Notes: generated by a model from the sequence alone, not told the origin. A DNA stretch of 64,000 nt from Candidatus Krumholzibacteriota bacterium (GCA_024275485.1 JAJRZA010000053.1:24608-88607), one strand, 5' to 3'. Positions 48,944 through 61,000 are shown, numbered from the stretch's first letter. A program made the numbers and translations.

Positions 48944-51037
48944 ATGTATTCCCATACCTTCACTCCTGGCCATTTTTCAGCACCGCTTCTATCAATCCTC
49001 GTGGTCTTGGCAATGACAACCAACCCGGCTTCACCTGCCACAACAACCACGGTTATGGATAATTACAACCAGGCGTGCCTCTCCAGTCTGGCCGGCCAAA
49101 CAGACGTGGCCTTGAAATATTTCAAGAATGCCCTGACTGCCGGATTCGACGATTTCCGCTTCGCCATGGCCGACAGCGAATTGACCAATCTGATTAACAC
49201 TCCGGCTTTTGCCAGCCTCTACACCACTCATCAAAGCCAACAAACACTTTTGAGCAGTGAGCGCGGCCTCAATCTTTCAAGTAACATCTGGAGCGATTGG
49301 CAGGAACTATTTTCCAAAACAAATTCTACCAAGAGTAAAGCCTCCTTCCGCATCCAATGGCAGCCCCAAGCCCTGATCCTGGAAATCCTCCTTTCAGGAG
49401 AGATGGCTGCATTGTTTGCCAAGCCCATTCAACCACCCTGGTATGGCGGGCCGGGCGTGATGTTGTCCTTGGCGATACCAGACGGCACCTCCCCTTTTGA
49501 AAGTGCCAACACCTTTCAATTCGGTTTCGGCAAGAGCAAAACCTCGGGTACCGGAGCCATCTATCTGGGTAGACAGTTGGGATGGCAGCCAGTTGGCGAA
49601 TTGACTCCCGCAATCAGCCTGCGTGACCAAGGGCAAACTGCGGTCATCAGCGCCTCGATCAGCTGGCAAAGCATTCTTCCTTTCCACCCTCTTGTAGATT
49701 CACCTCTGGGTTTGAACCTGTCCATTCGTGGGGAAAAGACAGAGGACCTTTTCACCCTTTTCCCTGATCCAGCAGCTTTCTTACCCGCCGCAAAAGTACA
49801 TCGATATGTTCCCCTGAATTTTGACGCCGCCAGTGAATCCAGGGAATCTTTTGCCGGGCGACTTAACCAAAGCCTGCTAGTTGACCAACCCTTGATTTGT
49901 GATCTGAAAATTGTTTCCGCCCAATCCGGTACCGGTCGGCTGAAAATTGATTTTCTGGACCAACAGGGAAACTCGGTCTTACCAGAGGGAGCAGCACGGT
50001 CGAATTTTCCCTGCCAACCGGGAGTCAATTCCGTTTCCCGGACAGCTGATTTTCGAGCCTTGGCCATGGGCCCCTACCTGGTAAAAGTGGAGCTGGAATT
50101 GCCTTCAGGTGAAGGTCTGGTCTGGAGTTCTCAGGTTTTAAACCTGGGTCCAAACTGGCGAGAAGCCCTGCAGGAGCAAGTCGAGAAACTAACGCCCCAG
50201 GATCAACCCACAACCCAATATTATCTGGACACCATTGTTGAGGCTGTGGAGAATCTGGCTCCTCGGCGCCATCCGGGACAGGTGGCTACAACACTACAAA
50301 TGCTGAATTCCCTCCTCAAAGCCGGCATCGAAGAAGGCAGCATTCTGCCTGAATCCGGATTGATGCAACTGGTTTGGCAAGACCCCCGGGGGCGGAAACA
50401 TCTGTGCAGTGTCTATTTGCCCAGAGGCTTCAGTAAGGCCAAAAACAGGGAAGCTATAGTTTTGCTAACCGATGCTTACGGAGCCGAAAGCCGGTTGGTT
50501 GGCCGAATTGCCCGGCTGTATGAACACCAGGATGGTCCGGTGGTGAACCTGGAGCCATCGAGGCAAAATTTCCCTGTTTATTTGATCCCCCATTGGAAAC
50601 CAGGCCTATCACAGACCCTTGCCGAGAAAAATTCAGAATTGGTTGCTTTTAATCAATGGGCTGAGGAATATTTCCAATTCAGTGCAATGGCGTTGGCGGG
50701 TGTCGATGGCGCCGCTGGCCTAGCACTCCATTTCAGCAACCAGGCCCCAACCGCCATTTCCCGCTTGTTGATTTTTGCCGGTGCCAACCTGAATCCCTGG
50801 CCTGAAGCCGATCACCAAGAACTCGTCGATATATTCTCAGGGCAAATCCACCACCAATTTCACACCACCTGGATCGATTTCACCCAGGAAACACGCACTT
50901 CCGGTCAGGGCCAAATGCTCCTGTCGATTTTAAAGGAATCAAAGTACATTATGGCGGTTAAGGAAGTGCGCGGCGGCCTCAGCATGACCCAGGTGACTGA
51001 TCGTCTTGTTCTCTGGGTGGAGGAAAATCCCAAATAG
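48944..51037 (+). CDS. Exported multidomain protein: TPR-like N-terminus, beta domains, degenerate alpha/beta-hydrolase C-terminus
   Basis: Hydrophobic N-terminus; YNQAC..SL.GQ.D.AL..F..A...GFDD TPR-like repeat; SVYLPRGF and ALAGVDGAAG segments. Confidence 0.65.
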   Translation: MYSHTFTPGHFSAPLLSILVVLAMTTNPASPATTTTVMDNYNQACLSSLAGQTDVALKYFKNALTAGFDDFRFAMADSELTNLINTPAFASLYTTHQSQQTLLSSERGLNLSSNIWSDWQELFSKTNSTKSKASFRIQWQPQALILEILLSGEMAALFAKPIQPPWYGGPGVMLSLAIPDGTSPFESANTFQFGFGKSKTSGTGAIYLGRQLGWQPVGELTPAISLRDQGQTAVISASISWQSILPFHPLVDSPLGLNLSIRGEKTEDLFTLFPDPAAFLPAAKVHRYVPLNFDAASESRESFAGRLNQSLLVDQPLICDLKIVSAQSGTGRLKIDFLDQQGNSVLPEGAARSNFPCQPGVNSVSRTADFRALAMGPYLVKVELELPSGEGLVWSSQVLNLGPNWREALQEQVEKLTPQDQPTTQYYLDTIVEAVENLAPRRHPGQVATTLQMLNSLLKAGIEEGSILPESGLMQLVWQDPRGRKHLCSVYLPRGFSKAKNREAIVLLTDAYGAESRLVGRIARLYEHQDGPVVNLEPSRQNFPVYLIPHWKPGLSQTLAEKNSELVAFNQWAEEYFQFSAMALAGVDGAAGLALHFSNQAPTAISRLLIFAGANLNPWPEADHQELVDIFSGQIHHQFHTTWIDFTQETRTSGQGQMLLSILKESKYIMAVKEVRGGLSMTQVTDRLVLWVEENPK

Positions 51038-51127
51038 CTGAATATTTACCGCTTGTTTTATGATTCCCGTTCGTTGGGCAGTTGCCCACTGTCACCGGCC
51101 CCAGTTTCTTATTTTGGAGGACCTGCT

Positions 51128-52378
51128 TTGCTTTCCATCCGCACTCTTGTGTCCCTTATTGCCATTCTGATTGTCCTTTCACTTTCCTCCAGCTTTCTTG
51201 GCAACCCTGCCCTGGCTGCTCCTGTTGTTGATAACCCGGCGACTCCCAGGGGTGGTTCTTCCATATTGCAGATGGAAGAGATGTGGCGCATTGGCGGCGA
51301 GGATGATGAAGACAACATCCTTGGAGTTGTGGGACAGGTTTTAGCCGACGATCAGAACAATGTCTACCTGCTGGATCTTCAGCTTGTCGAGGTGATGGTC
51401 TATAGTCCCGAAGGCGAATATTTGCGATCGGTCGGCAGCCGGGGTGAAGGCCCTGGTGAGATTAACCGGGCGGCGGACCTTGTTTTCATGCCCAACGGCA
51501 ACATCGGCCTGGTGCAATCCTTTCCTGGACGAATCGTCATGGTTGACCGTTCCGGCCAACCAGCCGGTGAATTTCGTCCCGGCGGCGATGATCCGTCTGC
51601 CGGTGGCTTTTTTGCCCTGCGAGGAGCCGCTTCCCGTGGCGGACGCATGGTTTTCAGTGGCGCCCGAATAACCAGGGGTGAGAAATCCCGCACCGCAGTC
51701 AACTTTGTGGCTTCCTACGGTGAAGACGGTCAACGACTCAATCTCTACTACGATACAACAATGGTCCGGGAGTTCCGGGGACAGGAATTTTCCGAAACCA
51801 AGGAATTTTTTCCCCATGAAGGCGGCTGGGCCCTCGGGCCCGATGGCCGAGTGTATGTGAGCCAAGAGAGAAACAGCTATCAGATAGAGTCTTACAACCC
51901 GGACGGCACCCTTGCCTACACAATCAAACGCCCCTATGAGAGCTGGAAGCGCACCGCTGAAGAGAAAAAAGTCGCAGAAGATGCAATAATGCCCTACCGA
52001 AGACGCAACCGTAGCCGCCTGAATATCGTAGTGGCATCGACCGAAAAAGACATCGCCCGCATGCGGGTGGCCGATGATGGTCGTCTTTGGGTCCTTTCAA
52101 GCCGTGGTCTGCGGGAACAGCCCGCGGGAATTCACTCCACCTGGGATGTTTTTGACAAAGCCGGCCAATTCGAAAAAACCGTGGCCATAGCCTGCGAAGG
52201 CATGGGTGTTCGGGACAGATTGTTTTTTGCCAGTGACAATATCGTAGTGGTGGTCAAACAATATGCCGACGCGGTCAAATCCTACTGGGGCCAGGGTGGT
52301 GATGAGGAAGTGGATGAGACCGAAGAGTTGGAAGGCCTGCCACTGGAAGTGATTTGTTACCGAATAGTTTCGGATTAA
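51128..52378 (+). CDS. Exported 6-bladed beta-propeller (NHL/TolB-like) protein 1
   Basis: GGAGG RBS before TTG 51128, signal peptide, WRIGGEDD, GSRGEGPGE, WDVFDKAGQF and LEVICY motifs. Confidence 0.8.
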   Translation: MLSIRTLVSLIAILIVLSLSSSFLGNPALAAPVVDNPATPRGGSSILQMEEMWRIGGEDDEDNILGVVGQVLADDQNNVYLLDLQLVEVMVYSPEGEYLRSVGSRGEGPGEINRAADLVFMPNGNIGLVQSFPGRIVMVDRSGQPAGEFRPGGDDPSAGGFFALRGAASRGGRMVFSGARITRGEKSRTAVNFVASYGEDGQRLNLYYDTTMVREFRGQEFSETKEFFPHEGGWALGPDGRVYVSQERNSYQIESYNPDGTLAYTIKRPYESWKRTAEEKKVAEDAIMPYRRRNRSRLNIVVASTEKDIARMRVADDGRLWVLSSRGLREQPAGIHSTWDVFDKAGQFEKTVAIACEGMGVRDRLFFASDNIVVVVKQYADAVKSYWGQGGDEEVDETEELEGLPLEVICYRIVSD

Positions 52379-52391
52379 CCAGGAGGAAATC

Positions 52392-53606
52392 ATGTTGTCT
52401 CGCCCATTCGCCACTATTTCTTGTTTGTCATTCATGCTGATGGTGGCAGGAGTTGTTGCCGGCCAGACAATCGTGGACAACCCGGCCCACCCTGCCGGGG
52501 GTGTTGAAACCATATCCCTGACCGAGCAGTGGCGCCTAGGGGGCGAAGATGAAGATTTTTTCTTCGGCACCGTATCGCGCATCCACCAGGATCAAGCGGG
52601 CAAGATCTACATACTGGATGGGCAACTTTGCCAGGTTCATGTTTTGTCCGGCGTTGGTGAAATCCTGGCTTCCCTGGGCAACGAAGGCGACGGCCCCGGC
52701 GAAATGCGCGGTCCCGGCGATTTCTACGTTTCGGCTGACGGAACGGTCAACATCCTGCAGAGTTTCCCTGGCAAAATCGTGAAAATCGCAGCGGACGGAA
52801 ATCCTGCCGGTACCACCCATTTCACTGTTGGCGGTGCCAAAACCCAGTTTGGCGTGCTTATTCGTGGGTTGGAAACTGATAAGGGCTTGTACCTCGGTGG
52901 AATCCAAATGGAGTTTGGCGGCGCAGGCCCAAGCAAGCAAAATTACTTCCTGTCGTATTGCGACAAGGACGGAGGCCAGATCGATCGTCTGGCCAAGAAG
53001 CTCCATGTTATCGATTACGGTGATTTCAGGATGGAAGAGAAAGACATGGATTTTATCTGGGGCCGCATGGCTGTCGGGCCCCATGGCCAGCTGTATCTGG
53101 CCGAATCTCGCAACCAGTATTCGATCTCCGTCATGGATCCCGATGGAACCGTTACCCGCATCATCAACCGATCCTACAAGGCCCCTCCTCGCACGGAGCG
53201 GCAAAAGGAAATTGCCCGACAGATCATTGATGCCATTGCCGGATATCACCCGGTTCCTCTCAAGAGCAAGGCCATCGAAAAAACCGAGCCGGCCATTGGT
53301 GGCTTGACCGTCATGAACGATGGTCGGCTTTGGGTTCACGCTAATTTCAGCGATGAAGCCCTTCCCCCGGGAACCTGGAATATCTTCGACGTTTTCAGCC
53401 CTGAAGGCAAACTGGAACGGCAAGTGGCCCTGAAGGGCTCCTTCAACCGCAACCGGGATGCCGCCTACCTGCTGCCCGATGGTCGTCTGATTGTGGTGAC
53501 CGGTGCCCTGGACGCCTTCCTGAACCAGATGGGCGCCGGTGGCCAAGGAGAGGCCGCCAATGAAACCGCCCTCCTGGAAGTCATTTGTTTTGAACTGGAC
53601 AATTAA
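52392..53606 (+). CDS. Exported 6-bladed beta-propeller protein 2 (paralog)
   Basis: aggagg RBS, signal peptide, WRLGGEDE, GNEGDGPGE, FDVFSPEG and LEVICF motifs. Confidence 0.8.
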   Translation: MLSRPFATISCLSFMLMVAGVVAGQTIVDNPAHPAGGVETISLTEQWRLGGEDEDFFFGTVSRIHQDQAGKIYILDGQLCQVHVLSGVGEILASLGNEGDGPGEMRGPGDFYVSADGTVNILQSFPGKIVKIAADGNPAGTTHFTVGGAKTQFGVLIRGLETDKGLYLGGIQMEFGGAGPSKQNYFLSYCDKDGGQIDRLAKKLHVIDYGDFRMEEKDMDFIWGRMAVGPHGQLYLAESRNQYSISVMDPDGTVTRIINRSYKAPPRTERQKEIARQIIDAIAGYHPVPLKSKAIEKTEPAIGGLTVMNDGRLWVHANFSDEALPPGTWNIFDVFSPEGKLERQVALKGSFNRNRDAAYLLPDGRLIVVTGALDAFLNQMGAGGQGEAANETALLEVICFELDN

Positions 53607-53633
53607 ATTTGATCACCTTTTGAAAGGCTTGAA

Positions 53634-54947
53634 ATGAAGACGCTGCTTAATTTGGTCCTGATTCTCACTCTAGTCGTCCTGTCCGGTTGCTTTGGCCAGG
53701 GTGGCGACGAAACCGCCGCCGATTCCACCGCCAATGTCAATGCTGAAAAAACAGACGGCCAAGGCCAAAAAGAAAAGCCCAAAAAGCCTAAAAAAGAAAA
53801 AGCCATCAAGGTCAACGTTGGTACCGTTAGCAAAGGTGACCTGGTCCTGCCCGTCTTTGCCGACGGCGCCATCCGCACCCCCAAATCCCTGCTTATCAAG
53901 ACCAAGATCGGCGGCGAATTGCTGTCCGTGCTCGTGCGCGACGGCGACCACGTGCGCAAAGGCCAGGTGCTGGCCCGCATCGACCCCCGGGAATACGAAA
54001 TCGCCATGGAAGAAAGTCGTTACCGGCACTTGCAGGCCCTCAGCCAGATGGCGGCCGAAGCCGATACCTTCAGCATCAATTATGCCGCCATGGAAGAATT
54101 CACCAGCGGGCGTGACAAGTTGGAAAGCCTCTATAAACGCGGCGGTTTGACGCGTGAAGAATACCAGAGCCGGTTGCTCGAACTTGAAATGGATAGTCTG
54201 AACAAAGGTGCTTTTCGCGAGGCCGTTTTCCAACAACGCACCGGCCTGGCCGAGGCACGCATGGCCGAAGAACGGGCCCGCCTGAATCTGGAATACACAG
54301 ACATCCGAGCGCCCTTCTCAGGGATTATCCAGGGACTGACCATGGTCGCTGGCGAAATCGTCAGCACCGGAACCAGTGTCTGCACCATCTTCAACAACGA
54401 CAAACTTGAAGCCGTCATCAATGTTCTGGAAGCGGACCTGGGCAACCTGAGCCAGGGCCGCCCGGTGCTGTTGAGCGTGCCAGCCACCGGGAAAACCCTT
54501 GAAGCTAAGATTGATGTCATCAGCCCCACGCTGGATGTGGCCACCCGCACCTGCGAAGTGATCGTTCGATTTGACAACCCCGATGGAAAATACCGCCCCG
54601 GCATGTTCGTTCGCTCCCGCATCGCCGGTTGGGTGTACCCCGACAAACTGATGGTACCCAAAGCAGCCTTGCTGACACGCGACAACCGCACCCTGGTTTT
54701 CAAGAAGGACGGCGACCGGGCCAAGTGGTTGTATGTGGATACCGGCTTGCAGAACGATGATTGGGTGGAAATTATAGCCGTGCACAGCGGCGGCAGCCTG
54801 GCTGCAGGCGATGAAGTCATCGTCAGCGATCACCTCACCCTGGCCCACGAAGCCAAGATCAAGGTGCGCAAACGCATTCCTGCGGTCAGCCGCTGGGATT
54901 TTGCAGACCTGGCCACCGGTGATTCTGGTGAAGGTGCCGCACAATGA
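53634..54947 (+). CDS. RND efflux periplasmic adaptor (MFP), lipoprotein
   Basis: VLSG-C lipobox, VRDGDHVRKGQVLARID, IRAPFSG, RPGMFVR and GLQND motifs. Confidence 0.93.
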   Translation: MKTLLNLVLILTLVVLSGCFGQGGDETAADSTANVNAEKTDGQGQKEKPKKPKKEKAIKVNVGTVSKGDLVLPVFADGAIRTPKSLLIKTKIGGELLSVLVRDGDHVRKGQVLARIDPREYEIAMEESRYRHLQALSQMAAEADTFSINYAAMEEFTSGRDKLESLYKRGGLTREEYQSRLLELEMDSLNKGAFREAVFQQRTGLAEARMAEERARLNLEYTDIRAPFSGIIQGLTMVAGEIVSTGTSVCTIFNNDKLEAVINVLEADLGNLSQGRPVLLSVPATGKTLEAKIDVISPTLDVATRTCEVIVRFDNPDGKYRPGMFVRSRIAGWVYPDKLMVPKAALLTRDNRTLVFKKDGDRAKWLYVDTGLQNDDWVEIIAVHSGGSLAAGDEVIVSDHLTLAHEAKIKVRKRIPAVSRWDFADLATGDSGEGAAQ

Positions 54948-57900
54948 TCATCAAAGCCGCTGTTCGGCGCCCTGTCGCTATTTTGATGGTTTTCATGGGT
55001 CTGGTACTCATTGGTTATCGGGCCCGGCAACTGTTATCCATCGATCTTTTGCCCTCCATCAACTATCCCAACCTGACGGTGATAACCAACTACTCGGATA
55101 CTCCCGCCGACGATTTGACCCGTTTGGTGACTCGACCTCTGGAAGAGGTGATCACCGGTTTAGCCGGAGTCCGGCGTGTCGTCTCCAAAACCCGCGAGGG
55201 TGTTTCCACCATCACCGTGCAGTACGAATGGGGCACGGAGATGGACTTTGCGAACCTGCATCTGCGTGAGGCCATTGATGGCCGGGCCTACAGGGATGAT
55301 TTTCCTGAGGAGGCCGACCGTCCGCTGATATTGCGTTGGGACCCGAGCGCCCGCCCCATCGTCATCATGGTCCTGCATGGGGAAAGTCCCATGCCCCAGA
55401 TGACGGAGTTTGCCCGTGAAGTGGTCAAACCCGCTCTTGAACAAATCGACGGTATCAGTCAGGCTGAAGTTATTGGTGGGGCCGATCGGGAAATCCTGGT
55501 GCGTCCTGATTTAAACAAGCTGCGTTTGTACGGCCTGACCATGGCTGATCTGGGCACTGCCCTGCGGGTGGCCAACATCAGTTTTCCAGGTGGGCGCATT
55601 CGCAAAGGGCCCCTGCATTTGCCACTGCGTATTCTTGGCGAGTTTGAAAATCTGGATGAAATCCGGCAAACCGAAATTCCCGCTGCGGGCCCCGGCATCG
55701 TCATAGGTGATCTGGCCGAGGTTCTGGATACATCCAAGGAGCCCGACGGCTTCACCCTGAACGCCGACGAAGAGGTGGTCTCCCTGCACCTTTACAAGGA
55801 AGTCGGCGAGAATACCATCAGCACCACCGAAGAAGTGGATCATATTCTGGACATTCTCGGTGGCCAGTACCCGGACCTGGATTACACCTTTATCTACCGG
55901 GACGCCGATTTTGTTGAAGAGAGTTTCAAGGGTTTGAACCAGTCGCTGATGTTTGGTGCCGGACTGGCCTTCATCGTCCTGTTTTTCTTCCTTATGGACT
56001 GGCGCAGCCCCCTGGTGGTGGGACTGGCCATTCCCGTTTCCATCATGACCACTTTTGCCTTCCTGCACTTTGCCCATGTGGGCCTGAACCTGATGTCCCT
56101 CGGCGGACTGAGTCTGGCCGCAGGTATGCTGGTAGACAACTCCATCGTCGTGCTGGAAAACATCAACCGGCACTTGAAGCTGAAGTGGCGCCGTGGCGAA
56201 ACGGTTGCCGATGTTTGTGCCCGGGCCGCCGCTGAAGTGGCCTCCCCCGTGATCGCAGCCACCCTGACCACGGTGGCTGTTTTCTTTCCTGTTATTTATG
56301 TCCCCGGTATTGCGGGTGAATTTTTCCGGGACCAGGCCCTTACCGTGACCATCAGTTTGATTGTATCAATTTTTGCAGCCCTGCTACTGCAACCAATGCT
56401 GTCGGCCCACATTTTGCGGATTCCCGGAGATCGTCCTTCCCTGATTTTTCGTCCTGGCGAGTCTCTTTTCCAGGGCATCCAAAGTCGTTATCACCACTTG
56501 TTGGAACGGGTCATGGACCACAAGGCCATTTTTCTGGTTCTGGTGATGATCGGCATCGCTGTGGCCGGCTATTTCGGTTCCACCATGCGCCTTGGTTTTA
56601 TGCCCGACCGCACCCGTGGCGATTTCACCCTGGCGTTGGAACTTCCGGCTGGGACACCTCTGGAGTTGACCCGCCGTACCGCAAGCGATCTGGCCGCCTT
56701 TCTCGCCCCCATGGATGAAGTGCTGACCGTCTACACCCAAGTGGGCGTCACCGAGCGCACCCTGGCCAGTTTGAAGGAATACAGCGCCGCCAACACCGCC
56801 CGCATCCGGGTCATGCTGCACCCCAGCCGTCATGGCCGTCAGGATCTGGCAAAGATCAAGGAACGGTTGAAACCGCTGTTGGAAAGCAAGGAAGGCACCA
56901 TCTTCACCTATCATGAAGAAGGTGTGGGACTGCGTGAAATCCTGGCCAGCGGGGAATCGGCTTTTACCCTGGGGGTCACCGCCGAAAAGAGCGCCGAAGC
57001 CTTGCGCACCGCTGAGCTTTTGCTGCCCCGTCTGCGTGAAATTGACGGCCTGCAGGGTGTGGAAATGGACCGGGTCATGGGCAATCCAACCATTGAGGTG
57101 AGCATCGACCGCGAAAAGGCGCTGCGCTTCGGTCTGTAACCGGAGAACCTGGCCCAGGAGCTGAAGAACCGCATCCAAGGCACGGTGGCCACCACATACA
57201 ACGAGGTGGAACAGCGCATCGATATTGCCGTGCGTCTGCCACGGGAGATACGTTACGACCTGGCTGCCGTTTTGGCATCACCCATTGCCGTGGGCGACAA
57301 GACGGTACCCCTCGGTTCTTTCGTCACCCAAACCACCGGCACCCCGGTGCGCGAAATCGTGCGCCGCGATCAACGTCGACAAATCACCTTGACCAGTGAT
57401 GTCACCGACCGCGCGGTGGCCGACATCTGGGTCGACGTGAATGAATTGCTGGCCCAGGTCGATCTGCCCGACGGGGTGGTGTTCCAAACCGGTGGCGAGC
57501 AGGAAGAAATCAGCAACAGCTTCCGCGATCTGGGCTGGGCGTTGCTGCTGTCGGCCTTGCTGGTCTATATGATCCTGGCCGCCCAGTTCGAAAGTTTCCT
57601 CGACCCCTTGATCATCTCCGCCGTGCTGCCGGTGGGGGTGGCAGGTGCTCTACTGACCCTGTTTCTGACCGGCCAGACCATGAACATCATTTCGCTCATC
57701 GGCATGATAGCCCTGCTGGGTATCGCGGTGAACGACGCCATCGTCAAGGTGGCCACCATTCGCCGTCTGCGCGAGAGCGGGCTGCCGGGTCGTAAGGCCA
57801 TTCTCGAAGCCAGCACCCTGCGCTTCCGTCCCATCATCATGACCACGGTAACAACCGTGATGGCCATGATGCCCATGGGCCTGGGGTTGGGAACCGGCGA

Positions 57901-58024
57901 ACAGATGCAGCGCCCCCTGGCCATCACCATCATTGGTGGGTTGAGCATTGCCACGCTGCTGACCTTGTTCCTTACGCCGGTGGTGTACGAGATGATGCAC
58001 AGCCGCACCGACCGGGAGTATTGA
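54944..58024 (+). pseudogene. AcrB/AcrD/AcrF-family RND permease 1 interrupted by an in-frame TAA at 57137-57139 (ORFs 54944-57139 and 57185-58024)
   Basis: RRPVA, DLLPSINYP, GMLVDNSIVVLENI, AAQFESFLDP and RFRPIIMT motifs; both ORFs in one frame: ...FGL*PENLAQEL...; joined length about 1026 aa. Confidence 0.88.
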
Positions 58025-58028
58025 ACCG

Positions 58029-61000
58029 ATGATTCGTTTTGCCGTCGATCACCCCGTAGCCACCTGGATGCTGTTTGCAGCCATGGTGGTGACGGGTTTG
58101 TATGCTCTACCCAGGTTGAATATTGAGGCCATGCCGGAAACGGATTTACCCGAGTTGTCCATTGATACGGCTTGGAACGGGGCCAGCCCCAGTGCCATTC
58201 TCAGGTCAGTGACCCTGCCGGTGGAAGAAGCCGTGGCCGGTTGTCATGGTGTTGAAGATCTGGACAGTATTTCCAGGCACGGCCGCAGTGTGGTGACGGT
58301 AAAATTCAAGCGGGATACCAACATGGAATTTGCCCGTCTCGAGTTGTCCGAGCGATTGGGCGCGGTGCGCCGAACGTTGCCCGCCATGGCCAGCCAACCG
58401 TTCATACGCCCCTTTGTCCCTGAAGAACTGCAGAGTGAAGATTTCTTCACGCTCAACCTGATTTCCCCCCTTTCCATGAACCAATTGCGCGATCGGGCCG
58501 AGACCTGGTTGTTGCCGCGCTTTTTATCCATCAGCGGAGTGGCCGACGCGGAGCTGCGTGGTGGCGCCCGGCCCCTGGTCAGGATATTACTGGACCTGGA
58601 ACTGGTTGAACGTTACGGGCTGACCGCCGACGGCATCAACAGCCGCATCAACTCCCTGGACGCCATCGTCCCGGCCGGTACCATTCGCAAGGCAGGTCAG
58701 GAATTCACCGTCAGTGTGCGTGACAGTGCCTCGGTACTCCAATTGTCCCAAACCGTGCTGCGGACCATCGGCGGCCAGGCCATCACCCTCGGTCATGTGG
58801 CCACGGTCAAGCCCGACTTTGAGGATATTGGCTATTTCACACGCATCAACGGCGACAACGTGATCACCCTGGTCATCACCAAACGAAGTGGACAGAACAG
58901 CATCAGCGTCAGCAAACAGCTACGCGCCGAGCTGCCGAAAATTGAAGAGTCCGCACCCTTCCCCATCTCCTTTGAGATCGATCAGGATGAAGGGGCCGAC
59001 CTTGAAGACAAACTTTCGGACCTGGTCTGGCGCTCGGGCATCATCCTGCTGTTGCTCTTTGTATTGCTGGCCATCGCCCTGAAGAGGGTGAGGCTTACCG
59101 GCATCGTCGTCTTGTCCATCGTCCTGGCGATTCTTATTTGCCTGAGCATGTTCTATCTGTTCGGCATCTCGGTGAACTTCATCACAATCAGTGGGCTGAC
59201 GGTTTGTTTCGGGATGCTCCTTGACAACAGCATTTTGGTTCTGGACGCGATCCACCGCCGCCTGACGGGCAAGAAATCCGGCGAGGCCCGCGAGGCCCTG
59301 ATCAGCGGAACCCACGAAGTGGCATTCCCCATTATGGCCACCACTTTGACCACCGTGGTGGCTTTCCTGTCGTTCATATTCATGACCGATCGGTTGAGCC
59401 TGTTCTACTTGCCCCTGGCCATCAGTGTCGGGATTGCCATGTTGGCCTCCATTTTTGTGGCTTTCGGATGGATTCCCGTGGCTTTGCGCGGCCCTGCGGA
59501 ACATGACATGCGTCACAGCAAAGCAGCCGATGACGAACATTCCCTCGGCGGCTTGTCGTTGCTCTGGCGCTGGGCTTTGGGATTGCTGATTCTGGCCCTG
59601 GTTGGACTGGCAGGTGTCTGGATTTGGAAGGATTTCATGACGGTGAAGGATTCGCTGCCCTGGATAGGTGCTTCCATGGCTCTGCTGATGGCAGTGGGCG
59701 TTTTTGTCAGTTTTGTCGACGGCCTGACCCGATTCCATACCCGCTTCTGGTTTTTCCCCATTCTGCTGACCATCGCCATTTTTGCCGGCACCTGGTATGT
59801 GTTCGACGAGAAGGTGCGCACCGGTGGTTTCTGGCGCCCACAAGATGCCGAAAAGGTCACCGTCTACCTCAGGCGTGCCGTTGGAACAGATGTCAAGCTG
59901 TCCAGCGCAACCATGAAGCTCTTCGAAGACGAGGTCCTTCCCTTGCCTGAAGGCGTGCATATGCGCACCACTTCCTTCGACAACCAGGCTTATATGGAAA
60001 TGGAATTCGACGAGGAGCTTCTGGGCTCCGCCTACCCCGAAATGTTCCGCAACAAGTTCATCATTTTGGCCGAAGAACTTGGCGGCATGTTCATCTACAT
60101 TGGGGGATTCGGCGACCCGTACATGAAAGGCGGCATGGGTGGCAACCGCAGCAACTCCACCGTGCGCATCACCGGGTACAACAGCAAGGAGCTGAAGACC
60201 ATCAGTGACGGGGTTCTGGCTCGGCTGGAACGCAACCGACGGGTGCGCAACGCACTGCTCAGCGACGGCGGGCGCTTCTCACGAGCGGGCACCGACGAAA
60301 CCGTCATCCTTTTGAATCGCAAAGTTCTTGCCGAACATCGTTTGAGCATGAGCGAAATGATGGGACACATCCGCCGTCTCCTGGGAGTGGACAACCCCTG
60401 GCATATGATTCTAGATGGCGAAGACCAGCGCCTGATGATGACCTATAATGACGCCGAAGAAATTGAATACGACCAGATCATGGGGCGCATCCTGACCACG
60501 AGTCGGGGTCAAAAGGTGCAGCTGGGCCGCCTGATCACCATCGAAAGTCGGCCCGAGATCAGCTCCATCACCCGGCACGACCAGCGTTACAGCCAGCTGA
60601 TCAACTGGGAATACATCGGCACCGACAGCATGAAGCGAAAATTCCTGGCCAACATCGTCAAGGGCATTGAACTGCCCTACGGCTACACGGCCGAAGACAT
60701 GAGCGGACAACAGGTCACCGAAGAAGAAGAAGATCAGCTGCGCGAAACCCTCTACTGGACAATCATCTTCATCTTCATGGCCATGGCGGCCATGTTCGAA
60801 AGTTTCTTCCTGCCCATGCTCGTTTTGCTGACCCTGCCCATGGCCATGGCCGGGGTCGGAGGCATTTACTGGGCCACCGCCGTGGAGTTCGATTCGTCAG
60901 CCAAGATTGGTCTGATTCTGATGTTCGGCATCGTGGTCAACAACGCCATCCTGCTGATCAACCGGTTCCGCTTGCAGGTGCGCGAAATTGTGGCTGAGAA

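Noticed and set aside
51035-51127. In-frame TAG between the pseudo-esterase and propeller 1 as readthrough or pyrrolysine
   Set aside because: Propeller 1 has its own GGAGG RBS, start codon and signal peptide, so the shared frame is coincidental.
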